Assembly: GCA_016288305.1 (NCBI GenBank)
Contig: JAEEYW010000001.1
Coordinates: 1 to 57,882 of the forward strand
Direction: 5' to 3'
Source: Bacillales bacterium
GTDB lineage: Bacteria > Bacillota_I > Bacilli_A > RF39 > UBA660
DNA length: 57,882 nucleotides
Shown here: positions 1 through 9,318 of the stretch, one piece after another
Numbering within the stretch: position 1 is the stretch's first letter
Layout: each line of letters starts with the position of its first letter
Notes under the pieces: generated by a model
What the model was told of the DNA's origin: nothing
Database searches by the model: none
Seen by the model: the letters and a program-made list of their open reading frames with translations, nothing else
Translations under genes and position numbers: made by a program

Positions 1-49
1 ATAAGTATACATTATTAATATTAGTTCATAATACTATTGGGTGATTAAA

Positions 50-169
50 ATGAAAAAGAAAAATAACCTAAAAAATAATGCGAATAAATCTTGTAAGAAT
101 TCATGTCGTGATATGAATTGTAATACTACAAGTAATGTTAAAGATAATTCTTTAAATGACGCTAAATAA
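50..169 (+). CDS. Hypothetical 39-aa Asn/Lys/Cys-rich small protein (not in the supplied ORF track)
   Basis: ATG at 50 with GGGTGA 6 nt upstream. Reads MKKKNNLKNNANKSCKNSCRDMNCNTTSNVKDNSLNDAK, with TAA at 167-169, then a hairpin and T-run at 183-206. No recognisable family. Confidence 0.3.
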   Translation: MKKKNNLKNNANKSCKNSCRDMNCNTTSNVKDNSLNDAK

Positions 170-182
170 GGTTTAACCCAAG

Positions 183-206
183 AAAAAGACATTTAGTCTT
201 TTTTCT
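183..206. terminator. Bidirectional rho-independent terminator between the small ORF (+) and the ZIP transporter gene (-)
   Basis: Stem AAAAGAC/GTCTTTT (184-190/196-202) flanked by an A-run and a T-run. Confidence 0.5.
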
Positions 207-207
207 T

Positions 208-933
208 TTATAATATACTGCTTAAAATCATCACAATACATCCTGCAATAAACCATTTCAAAGTTGTTTTAATATTACGATATTTACAAGCTTCAGGAAG
301 CAATTCATAAAATGCAATTTGTATCATTATACCTACTATTATTGATAGTAAAAAACCCATAGTTTTAGATGTTATGAATGAATCTAAAAACAAGTATGCA
401 ATAATAGCTCCTAATGGTTCTGAAATACTCGATACAAATGTATATAATAACGCTTTGCCCCTACTCTTTGTGGCATAATATATTGGTATAGATATACTTA
501 TTCCCTCAGGTATATTATGTAATGCGATAGCTATACATAATTTAATACCTAAATCTATATTTTTATTACTAGCAATAAAGGTTGCCATACCTTCTGGTAT
601 ATTGTGTAATATAATGGCAATTAAGGATACAATACCTATTTTATACAATGTTAAAGAAAATGGTATATATTTATCTATTATCATCGATATAATGACACCG
701 ATGGATATAAATATTAAAATATAAAGGATTGTTAAAAATAAATTATAATCGTATATCAAATTAAAAGCTTCAGGTAATAAATCAAATATTGATACACTGA
801 TCATAACACCTGATGCGAAACTTAATGCTTTATTGATGATTTTTTCATTAGGTTTAGTAAATACAAATATTGATCCTATCATTGTTGATAGACCAGCTAT
901 AATAGTTAAAATAAAACTATAAAACACATTCAT
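208..933 (-). CDS. zupT: ZIP-family divalent metal (zinc) transporter
   Basis: Polytopic membrane protein with the duplicated HNIPEG motif (LHNIPEGMA and LHNIPEGIS) typical of ZupT/ZIP transporters. Confidence 0.85.
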   Translation of the reverse strand: MNVFYSFILTIIAGLSTMIGSIFVFTKPNEKIINKALSFASGVMISVSIFDLLPEAFNLIYDYNLFLTILYILIFISIGVIISMIIDKYIPFSLTLYKIGIVSLIAIILHNIPEGMATFIASNKNIDLGIKLCIAIALHNIPEGISISIPIYYATKSRGKALLYTFVSSISEPLGAIIAYLFLDSFITSKTMGFLLSIIVGIMIQIAFYELLPEACKYRNIKTTLKWFIAGCIVMILSSIL

Positions 934-965
934 AAATTCACCAATTAATTATATGAAAAAAAGAA

Positions 966-1667
966 CTATCTTTTCATAGTTCTTAACTCATCTTTGTTTT
1001 TAATGCGATATGATTCGATAGCTTTTTGAATTGCTTTATTATATGTCCAATCATCGATATTTGTTCTTTTAAGATATTCTATAGTTTTATCATAGTATTT
1101 TATTAAACAAGTTGATAATAACCACGCTATTGCCATTTTAACATAGTATTCGTCTACTTTAATATTATCAATCAAATCATATATTTTATCTATATAATCA
1201 TCTTTAATATAATAATCTAATAATAGTACTATCCCTACTCTATTAATCCATGAATTTTTGCTATTCAAATACTTTTTAATATACTTTAAACCGGCATCTA
1301 AGTTTTTATTAAATGATTTATAATTAGCTATAACGCTATCACAACATGACCAATTATCAATATACTTAATATAATCATTAAATAAAGCAATAGATTCATT
1401 AAAAGGTATTTTTAAACTTGTAACAACTAAACCATGTAACATTATTTCTTCAAAGTATTCATGACTATTATTTTTAATAAAACTCATATAATCCATTTTA
1501 ACAATCATTTTAGACATTTTCTTTAATTCTGGTATCCTAATACCGATCATGTTTATTTTATCGTTATTAAGTAGTTTAAACGTAAAATTACGGTATTTTT
1601 CATCTCTTAAACTAAATAAATATGTAATAAAATCTTGATAATGATTTTCCCAATCAATTAATTCCAT
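966..1667 (-). CDS. DNA alkylation repair protein (AlkD-like HEAT-repeat family)
   Basis: About 230 aa, helical, with the IDNWSCCDS motif and overall pattern of the DNA_alkylation family. Assigned by eye only. Confidence 0.55.
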   Translation of the reverse strand: MELIDWENHYQDFITYLFSLRDEKYRNFTFKLLNNDKINMIGIRIPELKKMSKMIVKMDYMSFIKNNSHEYFEEIMLHGLVVTSLKIPFNESIALFNDYIKYIDNWSCCDSVIANYKSFNKNLDAGLKYIKKYLNSKNSWINRVGIVLLLDYYIKDDYIDKIYDLIDNIKVDEYYVKMAIAWLLSTCLIKYYDKTIEYLKRTNIDDWTYNKAIQKAIESYRIKNKDELRTMKR

Positions 1668-1675
1668 AATAACTC

Positions 1676-2557
1676 CTATCCATGAGGATGAAATTTTAAA
1701 TACTCATCTTTTATTTTTTGATTTGATATGTGCGTGTATATTTGTGTTGTCGATAATGAACTATGACCTAACATTTCCTGAATACTAACAATATCAGCTC
1801 CCCTATCAAGTAAATGTGTCGCGAAGGAATGGCGTAAAGTATGTGGTGAAATCTCTGTTTTAATTCCTTTTTTAATAGCTAAAGCTTCAATAATATTATA
1901 AAATGATTGACGTGATAACTTTTTACCTAAATTATTTAAGAAAAGATAATCCGTATTTGTCTTCAATAATTCATGTCGATAATCATTGATATATTTGATA
2001 ACATACGCTAAAGCATAGTCACCAATAGGTACAATTCTTTCTTTCGAACCTTTGCCCATGGTTTTAAGTAAGCATGAATCAAAATCAATATCATTAACTT
2101 TTAAATTAACTAATTCACTAACACGTAAACCTGTTGCATACATTAATTCAAGCATAGCTTTATTACGGTAGCTATATTTATCAACTAAATCAACATCTAA
2201 TAGGCTTTTAACTTCGTCATATGATAAAACTTTAGGTAAATATTTGTGCATCTTAGCAGTTTCAATATACTCCATAGGATCTGATGTTAAATTGTTATTA
2301 ATAACAATAAATTTATAAAAACTTTTAACAACGGATACATTATGATTAATACTTCTTACAGATAGTTTTTCTTTGTATAAAAAGTTAATATATTCAAGTA
2401 TATCATTTCTTGTTATATTTTCCATTTTAATATGCTTTTTACTAAAATAATCACTATACTTATGAATTTCATTAAGATAACTTTTAATTGTTTCTTTACT
2501 GTATTTTTTATCAATTAATAAGTATTTTTCAAATTCATCACACATATCCTTAAACAT
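1676..2557 (-). CDS. Tyrosine site-specific recombinase, XerC/XerD family
   Basis: LELMYATGLRVSELV, HTLRHSFATHLL, GADIVSIQEMLGHSSLSTTQIYTH (the R..HxxR..Y catalytic set). 293 aa is typical Xer size. Confidence 0.9.
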   Translation of the reverse strand: MFKDMCDEFEKYLLIDKKYSKETIKSYLNEIHKYSDYFSKKHIKMENITRNDILEYINFLYKEKLSVRSINHNVSVVKSFYKFIVINNNLTSDPMEYIETAKMHKYLPKVLSYDEVKSLLDVDLVDKYSYRNKAMLELMYATGLRVSELVNLKVNDIDFDSCLLKTMGKGSKERIVPIGDYALAYVIKYINDYRHELLKTNTDYLFLNNLGKKLSRQSFYNIIEALAIKKGIKTEISPHTLRHSFATHLLDRGADIVSIQEMLGHSSLSTTQIYTHISNQKIKDEYLKFHPHG

Positions 2558-2602
2558 GTTATCACCTATTTAAATTATAGCATGTTATCATATAAAATAA
2601 CA

Positions 2603-2630
2603 ATAAAAACTAGATTTCTCTAGTTTTTGT
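2603..2630 (-). terminator. Rho-independent terminator ending the three-gene unknown operon
   Basis: Stem AAAAACTAGA/TCTAGTTTTT (2605-2614/2619-2628) overlapping the stop of the 93-aa ORF. Confidence 0.5.
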
Positions 2631-2891
2631 TTTTTTATAACTATAACCCATTTTAGGAACAAAAGGAATGTTTTCATCATTTTCATCATATAGAAAAATA
2701 TCATCACCAATAGTCTTAATATTATACTTTCCTAGTAGAATATTGTGGTAATTCAATTGCGACATCTTTTTAGTAACATCATATGTTTCAAAGCCATCAG
2801 TTTCGCCTATTACCATATCATAAATAATCATATTTTGATCAGTTCTATACTCATCAATAACGTACCAACATTTTGGATCATAAATCTTCAC
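2610..2891 (-). CDS. Hypothetical cytoplasmic protein (93 aa)
   Basis: Intact ORF 12 nt downstream of the preceding ORF. No recognisable motif. Confidence 0.45.
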   Translation of the reverse strand: MKIYDPKCWYVIDEYRTDQNMIIYDMVIGETDGFETYDVTKKMSQLNYHNILLGKYNIKTIGDDIFLYDENDENIPFVPKMGYSYKKTKTREI

Positions 2892-2903
2892 TATAACTAC
2901 CTC

Positions 2904-3506
2904 CTAATTCTTCTTTAATACATTTGATGTTTTGAATATCTTATTAGTTTCAAAATTATATTCATATTTATTTTCATAAACAAGTTCAAGATAATCTTCA
3001 TAGTATCTAATTATTTCCTTAGGAATATTTTCACCATAGAATTTTTTAAAATCTTGTACAGCTAATTCCGCATAGAAAAATGGTTTATAGTTTTCATCAT
3101 CTGTTTCAACATGAAATCTAGATTTATATTCTTCAAATAATTCTTTTTGATGATATAATCCATAAACTCTATTATATTCAAATTCATAACTAACCATCAT
3201 ATTAATAAAAGCTATATCCTCTTCTTTACCATAAGAATATACATCAGTAATATCTCTATCAGCATTAGCAAATGAAATATATCCTATATCATCACGATAG
3301 TGCATTCTTTGTTTATGATATCTTCGGTATTTTTCACTTTCACCAAAACCATGCGCAATAGCAATAAAATTCATTAACCTTTGTTCAATGGACTTTGCTT
3401 TTCTTATTTCCGTATCGGTATATTCATAATTCTCATAACGATCACGTTTTTCATTATCAGAATAGCAATATTTGTCGATATATACGTGTCCTAATCGAAT
3501 GTTCAT
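2904..3506 (-). CDS. Hypothetical Tyr/Glu-rich cytoplasmic protein (200 aa)
   Basis: Intact ORF 9 nt downstream of the HAD-like ORF. No recognisable motif. Confidence 0.45.
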   Translation of the reverse strand: MNIRLGHVYIDKYCYSDNEKRDRYENYEYTDTEIRKAKSIEQRLMNFIAIAHGFGESEKYRRYHKQRMHYRDDIGYISFANADRDITDVYSYGKEEDIAFINMMVSYEFEYNRVYGLYHQKELFEEYKSRFHVETDDENYKPFFYAELAVQDFKKFYGENIPKEIIRYYEDYLELVYENKYEYNFETNKIFKTSNVLKKN

Positions 3507-3515
3507 AAATACCTC

Positions 3516-4049
3516 CTAAAGATGTAGTTTAATCCTTTGACTTCCTAAATTTAATATTTTAAGTGCTTCTTCTTTATGTTTAGGACATAATCCTTCTTCT
3601 TGATCATCAGATACATAATCCATTTTAATTAAATGATCTCTTACTTTATCCAAATCAGAAACGCCTCTATAATGACCGTCATCATCATCAAAAATACAGT
3701 ATTCTTCAATCTCAGAATGTCTCTTTAAATATAATAATATTTCATCCTCTTTCCACATATCAACATATGAACATGAACTAAGTTTTTTAGAAACACAAGG
3801 TGTTTTATCAATATGTTCAATGTTATATTTTTTAAATAAGTCTAAAATACTTTGGATAAAAGGACTTCTTGATTTTAATGTTTTTGTATTAATAATAGTT
3901 TTTGCCGCTGCTTCGATAACAACTTTATAATCACAATCACAACTATGACATATATCAGCTAAGACTGCAATATGTTTTTCAATATCTTCCATACTCTTAC
4001 CATGCGCTGTTATTAAAGTACCATAAAAATCTATAAATATAGCCTTCAT
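3516..4049 (-). CDS. HAD-like fold hypothetical protein with atypical motif I
   Basis: Likely start is the ATG at 4049 (AGGTGA upstream), giving MKAIFIDFYGTL. This resembles HAD motif I (DxDGT) but has Tyr in place of the second Asp. There is an IFDDDDG motif near the C-terminal third. Confidence 0.4.
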   Translation of the reverse strand: MKAIFIDFYGTLITAHGKSMEDIEKHIAVLADICHSCDCDYKVVIEAAAKTIINTKTLKSRSPFIQSILDLFKKYNIEHIDKTPCVSKKLSSCSYVDMWKEDEILLYLKRHSEIEEYCIFDDDDGHYRGVSDLDKVRDHLIKMDYVSDDQEEGLCPKHKEEALKILNLGSQRIKLHL

Positions 4050-4153
4050 TTCATCACCTGTTATCACATATTATATCATAAAGAATTAAATTTTATATAG
4101 GTTTTACTATGTTTTTTAATCATTTTTTGATACAATAATTATTGGTGATATAT

Positions 4154-5368
4154 ATGGAACCTTTAGCTATAAAATTAAGACCACAATCATTAAAAGATAT
4201 TATTGGTCAACAACATTTAATTGGTAAAGATAAAGTATTAACAAACTGGGTTAAAAACAAAAAGATTTTTTCCATGATACTATACGGTAAACCAGGTATT
4301 GGTAAAACAAGTATAGCTACAGCTATTGTTAACGAATTAGATCAAAAATATATATTTTTAAACGCTACAATCAATAATAAACAAGATTTTGACAACGCTA
4401 TATATGACGCCAAGGAAAACAATGGTTTAATTGTCATAATGGATGAAATACATAGATTAAATAAAGATAAACAAGATTTATTACTTCCTTATTTAGAAAA
4501 CGGCTTAATTACCTTAATAGGTTTAACGACATCTAATCCATATCATAAAATTAATCCAGCCATAAGAAGTAGATGTCAAATATTTGAATTAAAAGAATTA
4601 ACTGATGAAGATGTAACAAAGGCTATTAAACAAGCTATTAAGTCTGATTATCTAAAAGATATTCAAATTGATAAAGAAGCAATTGAAACGATAGTTCAAT
4701 TATCATCTGGTGATTTAAGAAGTGCTTATAATTTACTAGAAGTATCTTATTTTGCCACAACAAATAAAGTAGTAACAAAAGATATTATTAAAAAAATAAA
4801 TAGTAAACCGGTTTTCTTTCATGATAAAAATGATGATGGTCATTATGATGTTTTATCTGCATTTCAAAAATCAATTCGTGGAAGTGATGTTAATGCATCT
4901 CTACACTATTTAGCGCGATTGATTGAAGCTGAAGATTTAGAAAGTATCTATAGAAGAATGACTGTTATAGCATATGAGGATATTGGACTTGCTAATCCTT
5001 CTATGGGACCAAAAGTTGATGCATGCATTAATGCTTGTGAAAGATTAGGTTTGCCAGAAGCTAGAATACCTTTATCTGTCGTTGTAACAGAACTTGCCTT
5101 GTCTCCTAAATCAAATAGTGCACATGTAGCTTTGGATATGGCTCTAAATGATATAAGATCAGGTAACACAGGCAATGTACCTAACCATATCAAAACATCA
5201 TCACCTGATTATTTATATCCGCACAATTATGCTAATGCATATGTAAAACAACAATATTTACCAGATAATATTAAAAATAGAAAATACTATATTCCTAAAA
5301 CAACTAGTAAATATGAGCAAAGTTTAAAAACAGTATATGATAAAATAAATAAACTAAATGAGGATTAA
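4154..5368 (+). CDS. rarA: Replication-associated recombination protein A (AAA+ ATPase RarA/MgsA)
   Basis: Walker A YGKPGIGKTS and Walker B IVIMDEIHR. The C-terminal MgsA-type domain is present (HYDVLSAFQKSIRGSD, YLARL). The ATG at 4154 follows GGTGA; the track's TTG at 4142 lies inside that RBS. Confidence 0.9.
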   Translation: MEPLAIKLRPQSLKDIIGQQHLIGKDKVLTNWVKNKKIFSMILYGKPGIGKTSIATAIVNELDQKYIFLNATINNKQDFDNAIYDAKENNGLIVIMDEIHRLNKDKQDLLLPYLENGLITLIGLTTSNPYHKINPAIRSRCQIFELKELTDEDVTKAIKQAIKSDYLKDIQIDKEAIETIVQLSSGDLRSAYNLLEVSYFATTNKVVTKDIIKKINSKPVFFHDKNDDGHYDVLSAFQKSIRGSDVNASLHYLARLIEAEDLESIYRRMTVIAYEDIGLANPSMGPKVDACINACERLGLPEARIPLSVVVTELALSPKSNSAHVALDMALNDIRSGNTGNVPNHIKTSSPDYLYPHNYANAYVKQQYLPDNIKNRKYYIPKTTSKYEQSLKTVYDKINKLNED

Positions 5369-5382
5369 AATCCTCATTTTTT
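5360..5382 (+). terminator. Rho-independent terminator of rarA
   Basis: GAGGATT/AATCCTC stem spanning the stop codon, followed by TTTTTT. Confidence 0.6.
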
Positions 5383-5398
5383 ATTAAAAAAAAGATAA

Positions 5399-6175
5399 CT
5401 AATTAGTTATCTTTCTTGATTGAATTTCAGCAATTTTATTAAATACTTCAGCAGCATTTTCTTCATTAATAACTGTATAACCAAGTTCTTTTAATGCTTG
5501 AATTCTAACTGAGTTTAATTCCATTGTACGACTCATTTTTTCTTCAATTTTATGTTCAATTTGAGCTACGAATCTTTCATGAGCTGAAGCAATTTTTGTC
5601 TTTGATGCTCCACCACCATCATATAATGAGAAGGCTGAGAACAAAATACTTTCAAATAAGAATTGTTGTTCTTCATCAAAAACAAATTCCATTGGCTTAG
5701 TAAAACCTGTAGCTTTAGATACATATCCTAAAATATATTTTAATTCTTTAGAAGTATCCATTGATTGTAGAAAGTGATATAAGTATAACATTGAATTATA
5801 GCCTGTGTTATCACTGCCTTCATCTTCTTCAAGTTTTTCTTTAACAACTTCCAATATATCGTTTAATAGAGTTCTTTGTTTTTTATTTAATCCTTCAAAT
5901 AAAGAACTATCTGTTAAACTATCTTGTTTAACAACTGATTTTAAACGATCATCAACCTCATAGATATAATCTGTATTTACTTTGATATTATCTATTTCTT
6001 CTGCAGATTTAACTCCTAATAAATTTAATAATAAAACTTTTTTATCTTTAGGCCATTTATTTATTGAATCAAGCTCCAAATAATTGTAAATCATCTGCCT
6101 AGATACGCCTAAAAAACTAGCAAGTTTTACTTTTGAAATTCCTAATTCACGTAATATTTCATTTAACTTTTCCAT
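5399..6175 (-). CDS. XRE-type helix-turn-helix domain protein with unknown C-terminal domain
   Basis: The N-terminus (LRELGISKVKLASFLGVSRQMIYNYLE) is a classic HTH_XRE. The remaining ~190 aa are unassigned. Confidence 0.65.
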   Translation of the reverse strand: MEKLNEILRELGISKVKLASFLGVSRQMIYNYLELDSINKWPKDKKVLLLNLLGVKSAEEIDNIKVNTDYIYEVDDRLKSVVKQDSLTDSSLFEGLNKKQRTLLNDILEVVKEKLEEDEGSDNTGYNSMLYLYHFLQSMDTSKELKYILGYVSKATGFTKPMEFVFDEEQQFLFESILFSAFSLYDGGGASKTKIASAHERFVAQIEHKIEEKMSRTMELNSVRIQALKELGYTVINEENAAEVFNKIAEIQSRKITN

Positions 6176-6265
6176 TCCTTATACCCTCCTATTAACATTG
6201 TATCACAACCTTGTCAATTGTCAAGTGTAAAGTAAAAGTATATAGAAAAAAGTGATATAAATCAC

Positions 6266-7372
6266 TTATAGATACCATATTTTTTCGTTATTTTTATATA
6301 CTTCTTTAATGATTCCGCCGCCTAAACATTCTTCATCTTTATAGAAGACACATGCTTGTCCAGGTGTCACAGACTTTACTTTTTGTGGATACTTAACTAG
6401 TACATGTGTATCATCAATAATTTCTAATTCAACATCGTTATCTGGCTGACGATATCTAAATTTAGCTGTACATTTTGTATATTTATTATCACTAATCCAG
6501 TTTACATCTTCAACTAAACATGCATCACTCATCAAATATTCGTTATCATCACCTAAAGCAACATATAAAATATTTTTATTTAAGTCTTTACCTACAACAA
6601 ACATTCTATTTTCATATCCACCAATATTCAAACCACGTCTTTGGCCAATTGTATAATACATTAAGCCAATATGTGTACCTAGTTTTTTATTATCTTCAAT
6701 ATTTATAATATCACCAGGTGTATTTGGTAAATAGTTTTCTAAAAACTTTGATATATTTCTTTCACCAATAAAACAAATGCCTGTTGAATCTTTCTTTTTA
6801 GCTGTTATCAAATTATATTCAGAAGCTATCTTTCTAACTTCTTTTTTATTTAAACTGCCAACAGGAAATAATACATTTTTTAATTGTTCCTTAGATACTT
6901 GTGATAAAAAGTAAGTTTGATCCTTGTTGTCATCAATACCCCTTAAAAACTTGCCATCTTTAATTTGCGCATAATGACCTGTAGCAATATAATCAGCGCC
7001 TAATTTAAGAGCTTCTTTAGCAAACATATCAAATTTAATATATTTATTACACATAATATCTGGATTAGGTGTACGTCCTTTTTTTAATTCGTCTAAGAAA
7101 TAAGTAAAAACATAATCCCAATATTCCTTGACAAAATCAACTCTATGTAATGGTATACCTAATTGTTCACATACCTTTAAAGCATCATTATAATCTTGTT
7201 CTTGTGGACATATCGATTCATTCAAAGTTGGGTTACCTAATACATCATTGTTGACTAAAGCATCCCAATTACGCATGAATAAACCAATTACCTCATAACC
7301 TTGTTCTTTTAAAAGTATAGCAGCTACGCTACTATCAACGCCGCCACTCATACCTACGACAACTTTTTTCAT
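6266..7372 (-). CDS. mnmA: tRNA 2-thiouridine(34) synthase MnmA
   Basis: PP-loop [26 protein letters not shown] and GICFIGE motifs, about 370 aa. Confidence 0.95.
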   Translation of the reverse strand: MKKVVVGMSGGVDSSVAAILLKEQGYEVIGLFMRNWDALVNNDVLGNPTLNESICPQEQDYNDALKVCEQLGIPLHRVDFVKEYWDYVFTYFLDELKKGRTPNPDIMCNKYIKFDMFAKEALKLGADYIATGHYAQIKDGKFLRGIDDNKDQTYFLSQVSKEQLKNVLFPVGSLNKKEVRKIASEYNLITAKKKDSTGICFIGERNISKFLENYLPNTPGDIINIEDNKKLGTHIGLMYYTIGQRRGLNIGGYENRMFVVGKDLNKNILYVALGDDNEYLMSDACLVEDVNWISDNKYTKCTAKFRYRQPDNDVELEIIDDTHVLVKYPQKVKSVTPGQACVFYKDEECLGGGIIKEVYKNNEKIWYL

Positions 7373-7427
7373 ACTCTTTCACCAACAAACATTATACTAG
7401 ATTGTTGTATTAAAATCAATCTATAGC

Positions 7428-8027
7428 TTAAATAACTAACTTTACTAAATATGGCATAACAAATGTATCAAACAATACGCCTAAAAGACTAATAATTATA
7501 CATAAAACTAATATTTTAAAATATTTTTTGACTAAATATTTAAAATCAAATACTCTTTTATGTAATAAAGAATATAGTATCTTTAATGAAACATTGATAC
7601 CAAACATACTTAAAAATAATATCGATATAATACTTATTATACTTCCTGGAATATAAAATAAGGCTAAAAGTAAACCTTTTACCTTATAAGCATATATAAT
7701 ACTTCCAACGCTAAAACCAGCTATAAATGTTTTAGAAAAATATATAAATACAATAACAGGTAACCCCACAATTGAAATACCTGCTATCCATATTAAAACT
7801 AAATATGTAAAATTTGTTAATAAATTATTTTTTAATACTAAAACATAATCTAATTTATTTTCTTTAACATTCGTAATAAAACTATTTAAATATTCGAGTA
7901 ATATTTTTTTATCATCAATACTTAATATGTTTACTAATATTGCCCCTGCTACGATTCCCGCTATACCTATTATTGCCATAAACAATAAAAGTTTTTTATT
8001 TATCTTTAACTTGTCCTTTATACCCAT
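7428..8027 (-). CDS. spoIIM: Stage II sporulation protein M-like membrane protein
   Basis: 199 aa with about 5 TM segments. The spacing and N-terminal pattern resemble the SpoIIM/DUF95 family. Assigned by eye. Confidence 0.55.
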   Translation of the reverse strand: MGIKDKLKINKKLLLFMAIIGIAGIVAGAILVNILSIDDKKILLEYLNSFITNVKENKLDYVLVLKNNLLTNFTYLVLIWIAGISIVGLPVIVFIYFSKTFIAGFSVGSIIYAYKVKGLLLALFYIPGSIISIISILFLSMFGINVSLKILYSLLHKRVFDFKYLVKKYFKILVLCIIISLLGVLFDTFVMPYLVKLVI

Positions 8028-8115
8028 AATATCACCCTAATTAATAATATTAAATAGTATAAAAATTATTCCCAAATTGCATAAAATATATTATAATTAT
8101 ATAGAGGTGTTTAAC

Positions 8116-8202
8116 ATGAATGAAAAAGTAGCAAAAATCATAGCTATATTTATGCTATTAATTATGGTATTATCTACTGTAGCAGGTTTAATATTAATAT
8201 AA
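8116..8202 (+). CDS. Hypothetical 28-aa single-TM peptide (not in the supplied ORF track)
   Basis: AGAGGTG RBS 6-7 nt upstream of the ATG at 8116. Reads MNEKVAKIIAIFMLLIMVLSTVAGLILI, with TAA at 8200-8202. Lies 48 nt upstream of alr. Confidence 0.3.
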   Translation: MNEKVAKIIAIFMLLIMVLSTVAGLILI

Positions 8203-8250
8203 TTATTAATAATGATTTTTTAAAATCATTTTTATATTGGAGTGATTTAA

Positions 8251-9303
8251 ATGTATAGACAAACATATATGGAAGTATATCTAGATAACATTAAAAATAA
8301 TGTTGCCAAAATTATTAAAAAATATAATAATTATACATACTATTTTGGTGTCGTAAAAGCAGATTGCTATGGTCATGGTATGGAAAGTGTAAAAGCTATT
8401 GTTGATGGTGGATGCAACTACTTAGCTGTTGCTATGTTGGAAGAAGCTATTAAAATAAGAGAATTAGGCATTACTACCCCTATTCTATGCCTTGGAAGTA
8501 TCGATCCTAAATTTATCCCTGTGTGTGTTGAAAATAACGTAACTGTTACAATCAACTCCTTAGAATATGCTTCAAAATTGCTAGATTACAATTCTTCTTT
8601 AAAAGCGCATATAAAAATAAATACTGGTATGAATAGACTTGGTATAGATAATATAGATGATGTAAATAAAGTTATTGCTTTATTGAAAGATAGAATTACA
8701 ATTGAAGGTATATATACACATATATATGAGGCTAGTAATGAAATAAATACAAATAAGCAATTAGAAACATTTAAAAATATTGTTACAAAGGTTAACTATG
8801 ATTTTAAAATTGTTCACGCTCAAGCCAGCGATGCTTTAACAAATTATGATAAACCATCTTTTATCAATGGATGCCGTTTAGGAATTATTATGTATGGTTT
8901 TAATGATAAAATAAACTTGCATTCAACGTTTAAATTAAAAAGTCAAATTATTCAAATACATGATATAAAAGATAATCAAACAGTTGGTTATAATGGCTTA
9001 TATAAAGCTAATAAAGGCGATAAAATAGCCGTTGTGGCAATCGGTTATGATGACGGTATCATAAGAAAAAATACCGGAAGAAATGTTTACATTCACAACA
9101 AACCATACCCTATTGTTGGTAATATTTGTATGGATATGCTATTTGTTAAAGTTGATGAAAGTATCAAACTATATGATGAAGTTGAAATAATTAAAGATAT
9201 TGAACATACTAATGAAATAGCTAATTACTTAGAAACAATACCATATGAAATAATGTGTAGTATCGGTAAAAGAATACCAAGAGTATACAAAAAAGAGAAT
9301 TAA
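8251..9303 (+). CDS. alr: Alanine racemase
   Basis: PLP-lysine motif GVVKADCYGHG, plus the GYNG and GNICMD motifs, 350 aa. Confidence 0.9.
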   Translation: MYRQTYMEVYLDNIKNNVAKIIKKYNNYTYYFGVVKADCYGHGMESVKAIVDGGCNYLAVAMLEEAIKIRELGITTPILCLGSIDPKFIPVCVENNVTVTINSLEYASKLLDYNSSLKAHIKINTGMNRLGIDNIDDVNKVIALLKDRITIEGIYTHIYEASNEINTNKQLETFKNIVTKVNYDFKIVHAQASDALTNYDKPSFINGCRLGIIMYGFNDKINLHSTFKLKSQIIQIHDIKDNQTVGYNGLYKANKGDKIAVVAIGYDDGIIRKNTGRNVYIHNKPYPIVGNICMDMLFVKVDESIKLYDEVEIIKDIEHTNEIANYLETIPYEIMCSIGKRIPRVYKKEN

Positions 9304-9318
9304 TAATTCTCTTTTTAT
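9293..9318. terminator. Bidirectional terminator between convergent alr and smc
   Basis: AAGAGAATT/AATTCTCTT inverted repeat flanked by an A-run and a T-run. Confidence 0.5.
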
